The notes under the pieces were generated by a model, which saw nothing but the letters and a program-made list of their open reading frames with translations, was not told where the DNA came from and did not search any database. This document shows, in pieces, positions 7,643 through 16,449 of a DNA stretch of 23,329 nt; the first letter of the stretch is position 1; each line of letters begins with the position of its first letter. This stretch comes from an uncultured Aquificales bacterium (GTDB lineage Bacteria > Thermosulfidibacterota > Thermosulfidibacteria > Thermosulfidibacterales > Thermosulfidibacteraceae), in NCBI GenBank assembly GCA_964453345.1, contig CAYVOC010000022.1, forward strand, positions 1 through 23,329, in the 5' to 3' direction. The position numbers and the translations under genes are program-made.

Positions 7643-9031
7643 ATGAGGAAGTGGTTGTTGGCAATTTTGGCTGTGGCTCTGGCGTTTCCGACGTATGCTT
7701 TTAACGTCAAGATACATGGCGATTTCAGACAGAGCTTTGGCTGGTCTAATGAGGCAGGGTTCACAGATGGTTATAAGTATAAGGTTTTCACGGGTAGTAA
7801 AAGTGAGTTTATCAACAAGGGAGTAATCGTTGATAAGAGATCCCTAAGCAATGTGAAGAAATACCAGCCCTATGAATTTGAGGATGATTTTGAAGCCAAC
7901 GCCAAGTATCGTATGTGGTTTACTGTGTCTGATGATGCCAAGAAGGTCATAGGTGTCTGGGCCATGGAGGTCGGTTCCCTCTGGTATGGAGAAAAAGATA
8001 GAGGGGGTAAATACTCCGGAGATGGCAACAACTACGAGACCAGATGGCTTTATCTTGATTTCCAGAATCCCTTTGTCAGCTTCAAGAACAGGTTCAGGAT
8101 GGGTCTCCAGAGTGTTGGATTCAATTACTGGGTCTGGTCTGAAACTGCCATGGGCGTAAAGATGTATGGTGATATTGGACCTGTAGGTTATGCTCTTGCT
8201 TGGTTTAGACCCAGGGAAAACTCTAGGAAGGACTTTGGCAACAAGGAGAATGAGGGCAAGCATGATGCCTTCTGGGCCAAGTTTAGCTACAAGTATGCAG
8301 GCTTTAATTTCAATCTTTTCGGGCTCTATTTGAGAGCTGATTCTGTGGGATCTTCTCTTACCAGTGATGGTAACTACGACGATGAAAGGTATTATATTGG
8401 TTTGGAGGTCAAGGGTAAGAGAGGTCCCTTGGGTGCTTGGGTTAATGTGATCTATCTTGGTGGTGAGGTGCAGGACAAGTTGGCTGATGAGGATTACGAC
8501 AGAAGCGCTTGGTTCATACATGGTGACTTCACCTACAGCATTACCAGTAAGTTGGCTGTTAGGTTTGCAGGCATATATGCTACTGGCGATGACGATCCTG
8601 ATGATGGTGACCTGGACAACTGGGCAGCCATTGATATTGATAACTCTAAATATTCCGTCATTTTCTGGGAGGGTATAGCCTTGGATGATGGTGAATTCTC
8701 CGATGCTCCTTACTTCTATGACAAGGGACTCAACCTGATCTACGCCGGGTTGATTTACAAGTTCAATAAGCAGTTCAAAGGTGAGTTTGGTGCGAATTAC
8801 ATAGCCACTGATGAAGATCTTGAGTGGATCGACAAGGATGGGCGCAAGCAGAGTGATGACTACCTCGGCACCGAGGTTGACCTGAGGCTTCACTATGAGA
8901 TGATGAAGGGCGTTTACATTCAGTTCACTGCTGGCTATCTGTTCGCCGGAGATGCTATGGATCTGTATGATTACCAGGATGACGCCAATGACATCTTCAG
9001 AGCAGCTATGAGAGTGAAGATGAGATTCTAA
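7643..9031 (+). CDS. Major outer-membrane beta-barrel porin, Desulfovibrio-type homotrimeric porin-like
   Basis: Sec signal peptide ending in TYA; amphipathic aromatic-rich strands; C-terminal beta-signal MRVKMRF; GVWAMEVG..W.G....GG...GDG.N.ETRWLYLDF segment resembling deltaproteobacterial porins; GDDDPDDGD loop. SD GGAGGT at 7631-7636 and its own terminator. Confidence 0.8.
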   Translation: MRKWLLAILAVALAFPTYAFNVKIHGDFRQSFGWSNEAGFTDGYKYKVFTGSKSEFINKGVIVDKRSLSNVKKYQPYEFEDDFEANAKYRMWFTVSDDAKKVIGVWAMEVGSLWYGEKDRGGKYSGDGNNYETRWLYLDFQNPFVSFKNRFRMGLQSVGFNYWVWSETAMGVKMYGDIGPVGYALAWFRPRENSRKDFGNKENEGKHDAFWAKFSYKYAGFNFNLFGLYLRADSVGSSLTSDGNYDDERYYIGLEVKGKRGPLGAWVNVIYLGGEVQDKLADEDYDRSAWFIHGDFTYSITSKLAVRFAGIYATGDDDPDDGDLDNWAAIDIDNSKYSVIFWEGIALDDGEFSDAPYFYDKGLNLIYAGLIYKFNKQFKGEFGANYIATDEDLEWIDKDGRKQSDDYLGTEVDLRLHYEMMKGVYIQFTAGYLFAGDAMDLYDYQDDANDIFRAAMRVKMRF

Positions 9032-9058
9032 GCTTGGTAACTTCTTGTTAAAAACATT

Positions 9059-9095
9059 GGGAGGGGAAGATAAACCTTCCCCTCCCTGATTTTTT
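9059..9095 (+). terminator. Intrinsic (rho-independent) terminator after the porin gene
   Basis: Perfect 11-bp stem GGGAGGGGAAG (9059-9069) / CTTCCCCTCCC (9076-9086), 6-nt loop ATAAAC, followed by TGATTTTTT. Confidence 0.85.
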
Positions 9096-9110
9096 GCTTG
9101 GAGTGGATCA

Positions 9111-10721
9111 ATGAGGATCTGGCTGCTGGGGTTGTTCTTTTTGTTTTGTTCGTTCTCTTCTTATGCCTTCTGGTTGAACTCTGTGGTTGAGAGGTTCTCC
9201 CCTGTTGAGGCAAAGATCATCGCAGTTGAGGCAGAAAGGGTCTTTCTTGATGCGGGAAGGGTAAAGGGTGTTAAGAAAAACGATATATTTTCTGTTTACA
9301 AGCCGGTTAAAGTTCTCAAAACAGAGTCCGGAAAACCACTTGTTTTGTGGAGTGGTGCTGTTGCAAAGCTCAAGGTTGTTGAGGTTGAGGATTCCTATTC
9401 TGTTGCCCTTGTTATCTCCGGGAAGACTGTAAAGAAGGGCTGGAAGGCTGTGAGGTTTAAGGATGTGTCTGCCTGTTTTCAGGGGGAGGGAGACAAGAGC
9501 GAGACAGTTGAGAAGATGCTTAAGGTTTATCTAAACCATATGAGCTGGCAGGGCAAACCTTGCGATCTTCTTTTTAAGTATACCAAAGCTGGGTATCTGG
9601 ATGTTATAACTCGAGATAAGATAGAGATAGCCTTTGTTCCCATCTTTGAAGTGGATTTTCCTCACCCTGCTCCTCAAAAGCCGAAGAACAGAAGATACAC
9701 CGAGGGTGGTTCTGAAATATACCTTGAGAACTACAGGGATGTTGCCACCTTCCCCGTTTATGTGCTCAGCGCTGATTTTGGAACCATTGAAGGTGATAGC
9801 GGGATCAAGATTCCCGCTGTGGTTTATACCAACGGAAGAACCGTATTTTTTGCATACATAATGGATTACGAGCCCAAGGTGATCTCAAGATACGAATATA
9901 AGGGCAGTGGAGATATAATTCATGTTGCCGCCGGAGATGTGGATGGGGATGGAAATCTTGAGGTGGTCGCCACAGCTTACGACATGGATAACGGACCTGT
10001 CTCCTTCATACTCAAGATGGATGAGAAGGGACACCTTAAGATGTTTAAGGACAACATATACTACCTTTTGAACCTTGAGGATTCTGACCTTGATGGCACA
10101 AAGGATACCATTCTCGCCACGGGTTTTGATGAGCAGCATCTTTTTGAAAAGCGGCTTTATATAATGAAGCTTGAGGGGAAGAAGCTTAAGACTGTGGACA
10201 AGTTCAGTGTTCCCGATGTCTTCAAGCTTTATTCCTGCTGGTGGGGAGATATAGACGGTGATGGCAACAAGGAGCTTGTCTTCACAACCGACACCCATAA
10301 GCTTGCGGTTTACGAGGGGGATAATCTATGGCTTTCTGCGGAGTCGGTGGGTGGTGGATACAACTACGTGAGGCTCGTTAAAGGCGGGCCTTCCTTCAAC
10401 TACGAAGAGGCCATTTTCATAGATCCCGATCTTGTTGTTTTTAAAGTGGGCAAGCATGTGAAGATACTGGCTATAAAGAATAAGTCGAAGCACAAGTTCA
10501 TCATCGGAAATATACCATGGTATAAGGGTTCTGAGATAATGGAACTTGTTAGGGAGTTTTACGGATACAGTCTGGTTTCGGTAAGCGAAGAGGTGGATGG
10601 GGTTATTCAGGCTGCCGGTATTGTGGGCAAAGAGTTATGGTGCGTTTTGAATGTGGATGCTCCCTTCAAGAGGGGAGCGAGAAGTTATATTATAGCCTTT
10701 CCTATGCCTGAACTGGAGTAG
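9111..10721 (+). CDS. Secreted/periplasmic FG-GAP (VCBS) repeat protein with N-terminal FlgT-C-like beta domain
   Basis: Signal peptide ending in SYA; N-terminal AKIIAVE..RVFLDAG...GVKKND.FSVY...A.LKVVEV...YS.A; DxDxDG motifs GDVDGDGNLEVV, EDSDLDGTKDTIL, GDIDGDGNKELVF. Confidence 0.75.
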   Translation: MRIWLLGLFFLFCSFSSYAFWLNSVVERFSPVEAKIIAVEAERVFLDAGRVKGVKKNDIFSVYKPVKVLKTESGKPLVLWSGAVAKLKVVEVEDSYSVALVISGKTVKKGWKAVRFKDVSACFQGEGDKSETVEKMLKVYLNHMSWQGKPCDLLFKYTKAGYLDVITRDKIEIAFVPIFEVDFPHPAPQKPKNRRYTEGGSEIYLENYRDVATFPVYVLSADFGTIEGDSGIKIPAVVYTNGRTVFFAYIMDYEPKVISRYEYKGSGDIIHVAAGDVDGDGNLEVVATAYDMDNGPVSFILKMDEKGHLKMFKDNIYYLLNLEDSDLDGTKDTILATGFDEQHLFEKRLYIMKLEGKKLKTVDKFSVPDVFKLYSCWWGDIDGDGNKELVFTTDTHKLAVYEGDNLWLSAESVGGGYNYVRLVKGGPSFNYEEAIFIDPDLVVFKVGKHVKILAIKNKSKHKFIIGNIPWYKGSEIMELVREFYGYSLVSVSEEVDGVIQAAGIVGKELWCVLNVDAPFKRGARSYIIAFPMPELE

Positions 10722-10732
10722 GTAGAGAACCC

Positions 10733-13219
10733 ATGCTGCCGCCGAGACTCAAGATAGTGGCATCGGCCGGGGCTGGTAAGACCTGGCGTCTGGCCGTTCG
10801 CTACCTTGGTCTTTTGTCCCTTCTAAAAAATAAAGATGAGCTTGGGAGCATCGTCGCCATAACCTTCACCAATAAGGCCGCCGCCGAGATGAGGGAGCGC
10901 ATTCTGAAGTTTCTCAAGCTGATAGCCTTGGAGACTCCCGAGGGGAGGATGTTGATTGAGGAGGCGGGTATCCCCCTCGATCCCGATTCGGCAAAGAAGT
11001 GGGTGGGGTGGATCATAGAGAGGTATTCGGATTTTAACGTCAGAACCATCGATAGCCTTCTCTTTTCCATTCTCAAGGCCCTTTCCTTTGAGCTCAACCT
11101 CAGGGAAGAGCTGGATGTGGTCTTTGATAAAAGGGCCGTTTTTGATGTGGCCTTTGATGAGTTTCTCGCCCTCTGGGAGAAGGAGAGGGAGATTCTGGCG
11201 GAAGCCCTGAGGAATTTTCTTGAGGTGGATGAGAGAAGCGGCTTTTACCCTGAGGCCGGGTTGAGGAAGAGGTTGTATGATCTCATGGAGGAGCTCGAGG
11301 GGAGAAGGGTGGGGGAGAAGGATTATGTTGGGGATCTTAAGGGTGCGTGGAACGACTTTGTTGATGGCTGGAAGAGGTTTGTGAAGGAGATTGATCCCTT
11401 CAGGGAGTGTTTGAACAGGAATAAGACCAGATGGCTTGTGGATGATCTGGACGAGGAGGTGCTGGAGAAGGTTCTGAGGGGATTGAGCAATTACAGTGAT
11501 TTTTCGGATCTGTGGAAAAAGAAGGAGTGGGGAAGGCTTCCTGAGGAGCTTAAGGAGAGGCTGAGTGGTCTTTACGGGGAACTGAGGGAGCGGGCGTTAA
11601 GGTATGCCTTTTTGTGGTGCGCCGCCAAGGTCAGCGGTTATTCGTCGGTTTTGCACAGGCTTCAGGAGCTGTTTGAGGGTGTGTGCCGGAAACAGGGGAT
11701 TGTGGTTGGAGGGGAGAGCTGGCTTTCGGATGTTAAAAGGAAGCTTGAGGAGCAGGATATCATACCCCTGGTCTATGCCTTTTTCGGGGTGAAGTTCAGG
11801 CACTTTCTGTTTGATGAGTTTCAGGACACCTCCCGCAGGCAGTGGGAGACCCTGTGGCCTATTATTGAGAACGCCTTGTCCGAGGGCGGCACCCTCTTTG
11901 TGGTGGGGGACCCCAAACAGGCCATATACAGGTGGAGGGGCGGTGATTGGAGGTTGTTCGGGGAGGTTGAGGCGGAGGTTGAGCGCCTTGAGTTTAACAG
12001 GAGGTCCGCTTCGGAGCTTGTGGAGTTTTTTAATAGAACCTTTAAGCCTCTTGAGGATCAGGTGGAGGTGAGACTGCACTGGAGAAATATGTATAGGCTT
12101 GGTGGAAGGGTTTTTGACGAGGTGGCCGCTGAGATTTCAAGGGCCTTTGAGAAGGTTGAGCAGAGGCCGGTCGATTCTGTGGCCTCCCCCGGTAGCATAG
12201 AGATCTTGAAGTTTACCGGTGGTGGGGACGAGCTGGATGAGATGGTGAGGGAGGCCCTTGTGGGTGAGGTGTCCAGACTGTGGGAAGATGGGCTCAGGGA
12301 TGTGGCGGTTCTGGTGAGGAGCAACGATGAGGGCAGGCGGGTGACCGAGTGGCTTCTGGCAGAGGACATGCCCGTTGTTACCGAAAACTCCCTCAGGCTT
12401 GGCGTTTCAGACGCTGTCAAGGGGCTTGTGGGGCTGCTTGAGTATATAAACAGCGGCAGCGAACAGGGGCTGTATGCCTTCTGCGCATCGGGGATTTACA
12501 GGAATGAGAAAGGAGAAACCTTTGATGAAGGGAGCCTTTTTGAGGCGTGGAGGGATGAGGCTGGCAGGGCGAAGCTGAAGAACGAGGTTGATGAGTTTAT
12601 CCGTGGCCTTTCCCACATAGCGAATAAGAGGTCTCCCTATGAGCTTGTGGCATCGGTGGTGGAGAGGCTTGAAGTGAAGAAGAGGTTTGCTAAGGAGCTT
12701 CCCTTCATTGAGCGGTTCTTGGAGGTCCTGCATCTCTTTGAGGCGGAGGAGGGTCCCCACATAGGCATGTTCCTCGATTTTCTCAAGGAAGGCGGGCTTG
12801 AAAAGAGGGTGGGGATTGCCGAGAATGTGGAGGCGGTGAAGGTTATGACCATACATAAGGCAAAGGGGTTGGAGTTTGATGTGGTCTTTGTTCCCTTTAC
12901 GGGCTGGGGGTTGAAGGATAGATCTCCGGTGAAGTTCCACGAGGAGAAGGGCTGCTTGGTTCATCTTACCAAATACGCCAAGTATGTTCCGGAACTTGAC
13001 GATATGCTCAGTGAGCATGTTGCCAGGCATTTCCAGGATGCCATAAACCTCTTCTATGTGGCCCTTACCAGGGCGAAAAGGAAGCTTTATCTCTTCCTTA
13101 CCGAGCATCTTAATGCCAAGGGCATGAGGAGTCCCGTTCTGTGGTTTGAAAGACTCGTCAGGGGCGCTGTTGGGGATGGCGGTATTAAGGATAAGAACCA
13201 GCTACAGATGGAAGTTTGA
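10733..13219 (+). CDS. addA: AddA/RecB-like SF1A (UvrD-type) helicase lacking the C-terminal nuclease domain
   Basis: ASAGAGKT, AITFTNKAAAEMRERI, TIDS, DEFQDTS..QW, VGDPKQAIYRWRGG, N.RS, AVLVRSN, MTIHKAKGLEF, YVALTRA; ends about 48 aa after motif VI. Lies two genes upstream of an AddB-like gene. Confidence 0.88.
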   Translation: MLPPRLKIVASAGAGKTWRLAVRYLGLLSLLKNKDELGSIVAITFTNKAAAEMRERILKFLKLIALETPEGRMLIEEAGIPLDPDSAKKWVGWIIERYSDFNVRTIDSLLFSILKALSFELNLREELDVVFDKRAVFDVAFDEFLALWEKEREILAEALRNFLEVDERSGFYPEAGLRKRLYDLMEELEGRRVGEKDYVGDLKGAWNDFVDGWKRFVKEIDPFRECLNRNKTRWLVDDLDEEVLEKVLRGLSNYSDFSDLWKKKEWGRLPEELKERLSGLYGELRERALRYAFLWCAAKVSGYSSVLHRLQELFEGVCRKQGIVVGGESWLSDVKRKLEEQDIIPLVYAFFGVKFRHFLFDEFQDTSRRQWETLWPIIENALSEGGTLFVVGDPKQAIYRWRGGDWRLFGEVEAEVERLEFNRRSASELVEFFNRTFKPLEDQVEVRLHWRNMYRLGGRVFDEVAAEISRAFEKVEQRPVDSVASPGSIEILKFTGGGDELDEMVREALVGEVSRLWEDGLRDVAVLVRSNDEGRRVTEWLLAEDMPVVTENSLRLGVSDAVKGLVGLLEYINSGSEQGLYAFCASGIYRNEKGETFDEGSLFEAWRDEAGRAKLKNEVDEFIRGLSHIANKRSPYELVASVVERLEVKKRFAKELPFIERFLEVLHLFEAEEGPHIGMFLDFLKEGGLEKRVGIAENVEAVKVMTIHKAKGLEFDVVFVPFTGWGLKDRSPVKFHEEKGCLVHLTKYAKYVPELDDMLSEHVARHFQDAINLFYVALTRAKRKLYLFLTEHLNAKGMRSPVLWFERLVRGAVGDGGIKDKNQLQMEV

Positions 13220-13709
13220 CGATCTGGCGGAGTTTGTGGGGGTTATTGAGCGGGTTAAGCGTGGGACCATTCTGCACAAGGCCCTCTCCCTTATCGAGAG
13301 GCCTGCCGATGCAGATTCGGTGAGAAGGGCCGTCGTCAAGGGCCTACTTTTGCTGGGTGAGTCCCCGTCCCGATGGGATGTTGAAGGTCTTGCCCGGTGC
13401 ATAGAGAGGGTCCTTGGATGCGGGGATGCCCGCCCCTTCTTTCCGGAGGATCCCAAGGTGAGGGTCTATTCGGAGAGGGAGTTTTTGAAGACGCCCACGG
13501 AGGTTCTCAGACCTGACAGGGTGGTTGAATATGAGGACAGGGTCCTTGTTGTTGACTTCAAGGCGTCTCGCCCCAGCTCTCTAAAACTTTATAAATCCTA
13601 TGCGGATCAGGTTAAGAAGTATGTTTCCGTCGTTTCCGATTTTTTTAAGAGGCCTGCTGAGGGGTATCTCCTCTTCATAGAGCCTCCCCGGGTTGAGAGG
13701 GTAGTCTGA
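13176..13709 (+). CDS. RecB-family PD-(D/E)xK nuclease domain equivalent to the AddA C-terminus, in a separate reading frame
   Basis: RGTILH, SEREF, RPDRVV, VVDFKA, Y.DQVKKY motifs. The frame is open from 13128, in +1 relative to the helicase; first ATG is 13176 and the start is uncertain. Confidence 0.82.
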   Translation: MAVLRIRTSYRWKFDDLAEFVGVIERVKRGTILHKALSLIERPADADSVRRAVVKGLLLLGESPSRWDVEGLARCIERVLGCGDARPFFPEDPKVRVYSEREFLKTPTEVLRPDRVVEYEDRVLVVDFKASRPSSLKLYKSYADQVKKYVSVVSDFFKRPAEGYLLFIEPPRVERVV

Positions 13710-13710
13710 T

Positions 13711-16440
13711 ATGGGCAGGATTGTGGCTGTTCCCAGCGATGTCAATATCCTGAAGCGCGTCGCCGAGGAACTTTACGGATCCGGTGATGTTTCCTCTGCC
13801 CTTTTTATCTTTCCCAGCAGAAGGGCCATGGCCTTCTTCAGGTATTACTTGGGGCTTTTGGGAAGCTCCACCATGCTGCTTCCGAGAATGTATACCCTGG
13901 AGGACTGGGCGGTTGAGCGCTTTTACCTTGATGTCAATGGGAAGTGCGCCGTGGCCGATGGGTTTACCCAGGCGTGGCTCATATACCTTGCCGCCAAGGA
14001 CGAGGGGGTTGCCGACGATTGGGGCTTCTTTATGAGGTGGGCCTTCAGGCTTGCCGATGTCTTCAGGGAGTTTGAGCTGGAGCAGGTTGAGGTTAGAGAC
14101 AGGCTCTACCCTGAGCCCACCTTAGGGGAGAGGGTTGGGGCGCTTCTGGAGAGGCTGGGTAGAATATACGATAGATACAGAAAACTGCTGGAAGATGCGG
14201 GCTTTACGACCATGCCTCTTATTTTGGCTGAGCTTTCAAAGAGGGATTTTGCCGTTGCTGAAAACACCCATGTTGTCGGTTTCTACGCCCTTACGAGGTC
14301 CGAGGAGGGGATATTCAGACGCATGTTCGATGAGGGGGCCGTCTTCTGGTGGCATCTGTGGAGCCAGGATGGGCTTGCTCCCCTCCATGAGAGGTGGCTG
14401 AAGGACTGGGGACTTTCAAAGGGGAATGTGGAGTTCTTCAATGGTTCGGGGAGGAGGCCTGAGATAAGCTTCTTCGAGGGACACAGCCTCCATTCCCAGC
14501 TGGAGGTTCTTGCACAAAGACTGAATGGGATCAGGGTTGATCGTCCCGACAGGGTTGCGGTGGTCCTCATGAACCAAGAGGCCCTGATACCGGTGGTGAT
14601 GCATCTGCCGGGGGATCTGGATGTGAATGTTACCCTCGGGTATCCCCTGAAGCTGACCGGGTTCTACAGCTACTTCGGGCTTATACACAGGATTATTCAG
14701 GGGAAATTTGAGAACAGATACAGGGTGGCTGATCTTGTTGACCTTGCAAGGCTGCCCTTCTTCAATGCCTTTGGGGAGGCAGACAGGCTTTTATCCCTCG
14801 GATACAGCTACGTTGATTTCAATGATCTTGTGGATTTTCCCGAAGTGAAGGAGATTCTCAGCAGGATCGTCAGGCCCTTTGAAGGGGCCAGGACTCCCAA
14901 GGACTTTTACACAGCCCTGAGATCGGCGGTGGGATACACTATTTCGAAATCTGGAAATATGGGAGATTTTGAAAAGGCCTTTCTTGCGAAGATGGTTGAC
15001 GAGGTCTTTGAGGTCTTTGGAAATCCCCTTTTCGCTTCTGAACCCGTGGATCTGTCCACCATGTTTGAGATGCTCTTTGAGTCAATGAGGAAGGTGAGGG
15101 TGCCCTTTGAAGGTGAGCCCTTGAAGGGGCTGCAGGTCATGGGCATACTTGAGACGAGGCTTCTTTCCTTTGATGAGGTTTTTGTGCTTGATGCCAACGA
15201 TGACGTTCTTCCCGGAAGTGAGGAGATAAATCCGGTTCTCCCTCCCTGGATCAGAAAGAGCTTGGGGCTTCCCGATAGATACAGGAGGGAGGAGATAGCC
15301 AAGTATCACTTTTTAAGGCTCATAAATTCCTCCAGAAGGGCGCATATACTCTGGAGGCATCAGATAACGGCCGAGAGGGACGGTTTCGAGGGCAAAAAGA
15401 CCAAAAGCAGATTCGTTGAGGAGCTTATATGGCAGAGGGAACTTGAGGCGAAAAGGCCCCTGGAGAACGAGATCGTTAAAAGAATACAGGTTCGCATCCC
15501 CAAGGAGATGCTTTCCTTGAAATCTCCGCTTGAGAAGAGAAAAGAGCATAAAGAGATCCTTGATGGTATGCGCCTTTCCCCCACCCATCTTGATACCTAT
15601 ATACAGTGCCCGCTGAAGTTCTATTACCTTTACATTCTGCAGCTGGAGGGCGAGAGAGAGCCCGAAGAGGTATCCCATGCGCGGCTCGGGGAGGTTCTGC
15701 ACAGTGTTTTGTATGATTACTACAGGGAGCTTGCGAAGGGAAATTTCCCTTTCAGGTTGAAAAGGGAGTTTCTAAAGCCCCAGGAGATCTTTGAGAGGTT
15801 CATGGGTAGGCTTGAGGAAGAGCCCTTCTTCAGATCCCTTTCCCCGGCGAAGAGGTTTATGCTTGAGGAGACGGTTAAACACAGGATCAGGCTTTATGTG
15901 GAGGGGCAGCCGGAGGAGCTGGAGGTGGAGGCCCTGGAAAAACCCCTTTATTGGGGAAGGCTGTGGGGCAGGGCGGATAGGATAGATCGCAGAAGGGATG
16001 AGGAGCACGGGGAGTATATCGTTATTGTTGATTACAAGACCGGTTGGGCGAAGCTCCCCACCTGGGGCGATGGCTTCAGGGAAAGGTCTTCGCTTCTTGC
16101 GAAAAGGGATCCGCAGGAGGACTACGAGGGGTGGCTTGAGGATCTTTCCCGGATCTTCAAAAGCGTTCAGCTTCCGGTGTATACCCTCATGTATTTGAAG
16201 AACAGGGAGGGATTGAAGCTTCCGGTGGTGGGAGCCATAGTCAGGCTTAACAGAAAAGGCGAGGAGGAGTTTTTCCCTGAACCCGTGGAGGAGGCCAATA
16301 ACTGGACCTTGGAAGTCTTTTCCTGCATACTTGAGGGGCTGATAAAGCACATACATGAGGCTCCCTTCTGGTATCCTTCCCCCGGCGGCAGGGGATGCTC
16401 CTACTGCCAGTATAGGTGGATGTGCAGATACTCCGTGTGA
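13711..16440 (+). CDS. addB: AddB-like helicase-nuclease subunit with PD-(D/E)xK domain and Fe-S cysteines
   Basis: IFPSRRA, PFEGEPLKGLQVMGILETRLLSF, SRFVEEL, LSPTHLDTYIQCPLKFY, GRADRID...IVDYKTG...QL..Y and terminal CSYCQYRWMC (1+3 Cys iron-staple pattern). Confidence 0.88.
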   Translation: MGRIVAVPSDVNILKRVAEELYGSGDVSSALFIFPSRRAMAFFRYYLGLLGSSTMLLPRMYTLEDWAVERFYLDVNGKCAVADGFTQAWLIYLAAKDEGVADDWGFFMRWAFRLADVFREFELEQVEVRDRLYPEPTLGERVGALLERLGRIYDRYRKLLEDAGFTTMPLILAELSKRDFAVAENTHVVGFYALTRSEEGIFRRMFDEGAVFWWHLWSQDGLAPLHERWLKDWGLSKGNVEFFNGSGRRPEISFFEGHSLHSQLEVLAQRLNGIRVDRPDRVAVVLMNQEALIPVVMHLPGDLDVNVTLGYPLKLTGFYSYFGLIHRIIQGKFENRYRVADLVDLARLPFFNAFGEADRLLSLGYSYVDFNDLVDFPEVKEILSRIVRPFEGARTPKDFYTALRSAVGYTISKSGNMGDFEKAFLAKMVDEVFEVFGNPLFASEPVDLSTMFEMLFESMRKVRVPFEGEPLKGLQVMGILETRLLSFDEVFVLDANDDVLPGSEEINPVLPPWIRKSLGLPDRYRREEIAKYHFLRLINSSRRAHILWRHQITAERDGFEGKKTKSRFVEELIWQRELEAKRPLENEIVKRIQVRIPKEMLSLKSPLEKRKEHKEILDGMRLSPTHLDTYIQCPLKFYYLYILQLEGEREPEEVSHARLGEVLHSVLYDYYRELAKGNFPFRLKREFLKPQEIFERFMGRLEEEPFFRSLSPAKRFMLEETVKHRIRLYVEGQPEELEVEALEKPLYWGRLWGRADRIDRRRDEEHGEYIVIVDYKTGWAKLPTWGDGFRERSSLLAKRDPQEDYEGWLEDLSRIFKSVQLPVYTLMYLKNREGLKLPVVGAIVRLNRKGEEEFFPEPVEEANNWTLEVFSCILEGLIKHIHEAPFWYPSPGGRGCSYCQYRWMCRYSV

Positions 16441-16449
16441 GGTGGCGTC

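Noticed and set aside
7844..8893. 349-aa antisense ORF opposite the porin
   Set aside because: An expected consequence of biased codon use in the porin gene; Ile/Val-rich mirror of Asp/Tyr/Asn codons, no domain evident.
10733..16440. Helicase plus two PD-(D/E)xK nucleases as an anti-phage defence or Cas4/CRISPR module
   Set aside because: The architecture and motifs match housekeeping AddAB, and no CRISPR repeats, cas1/cas2 or mobile-element context are visible.
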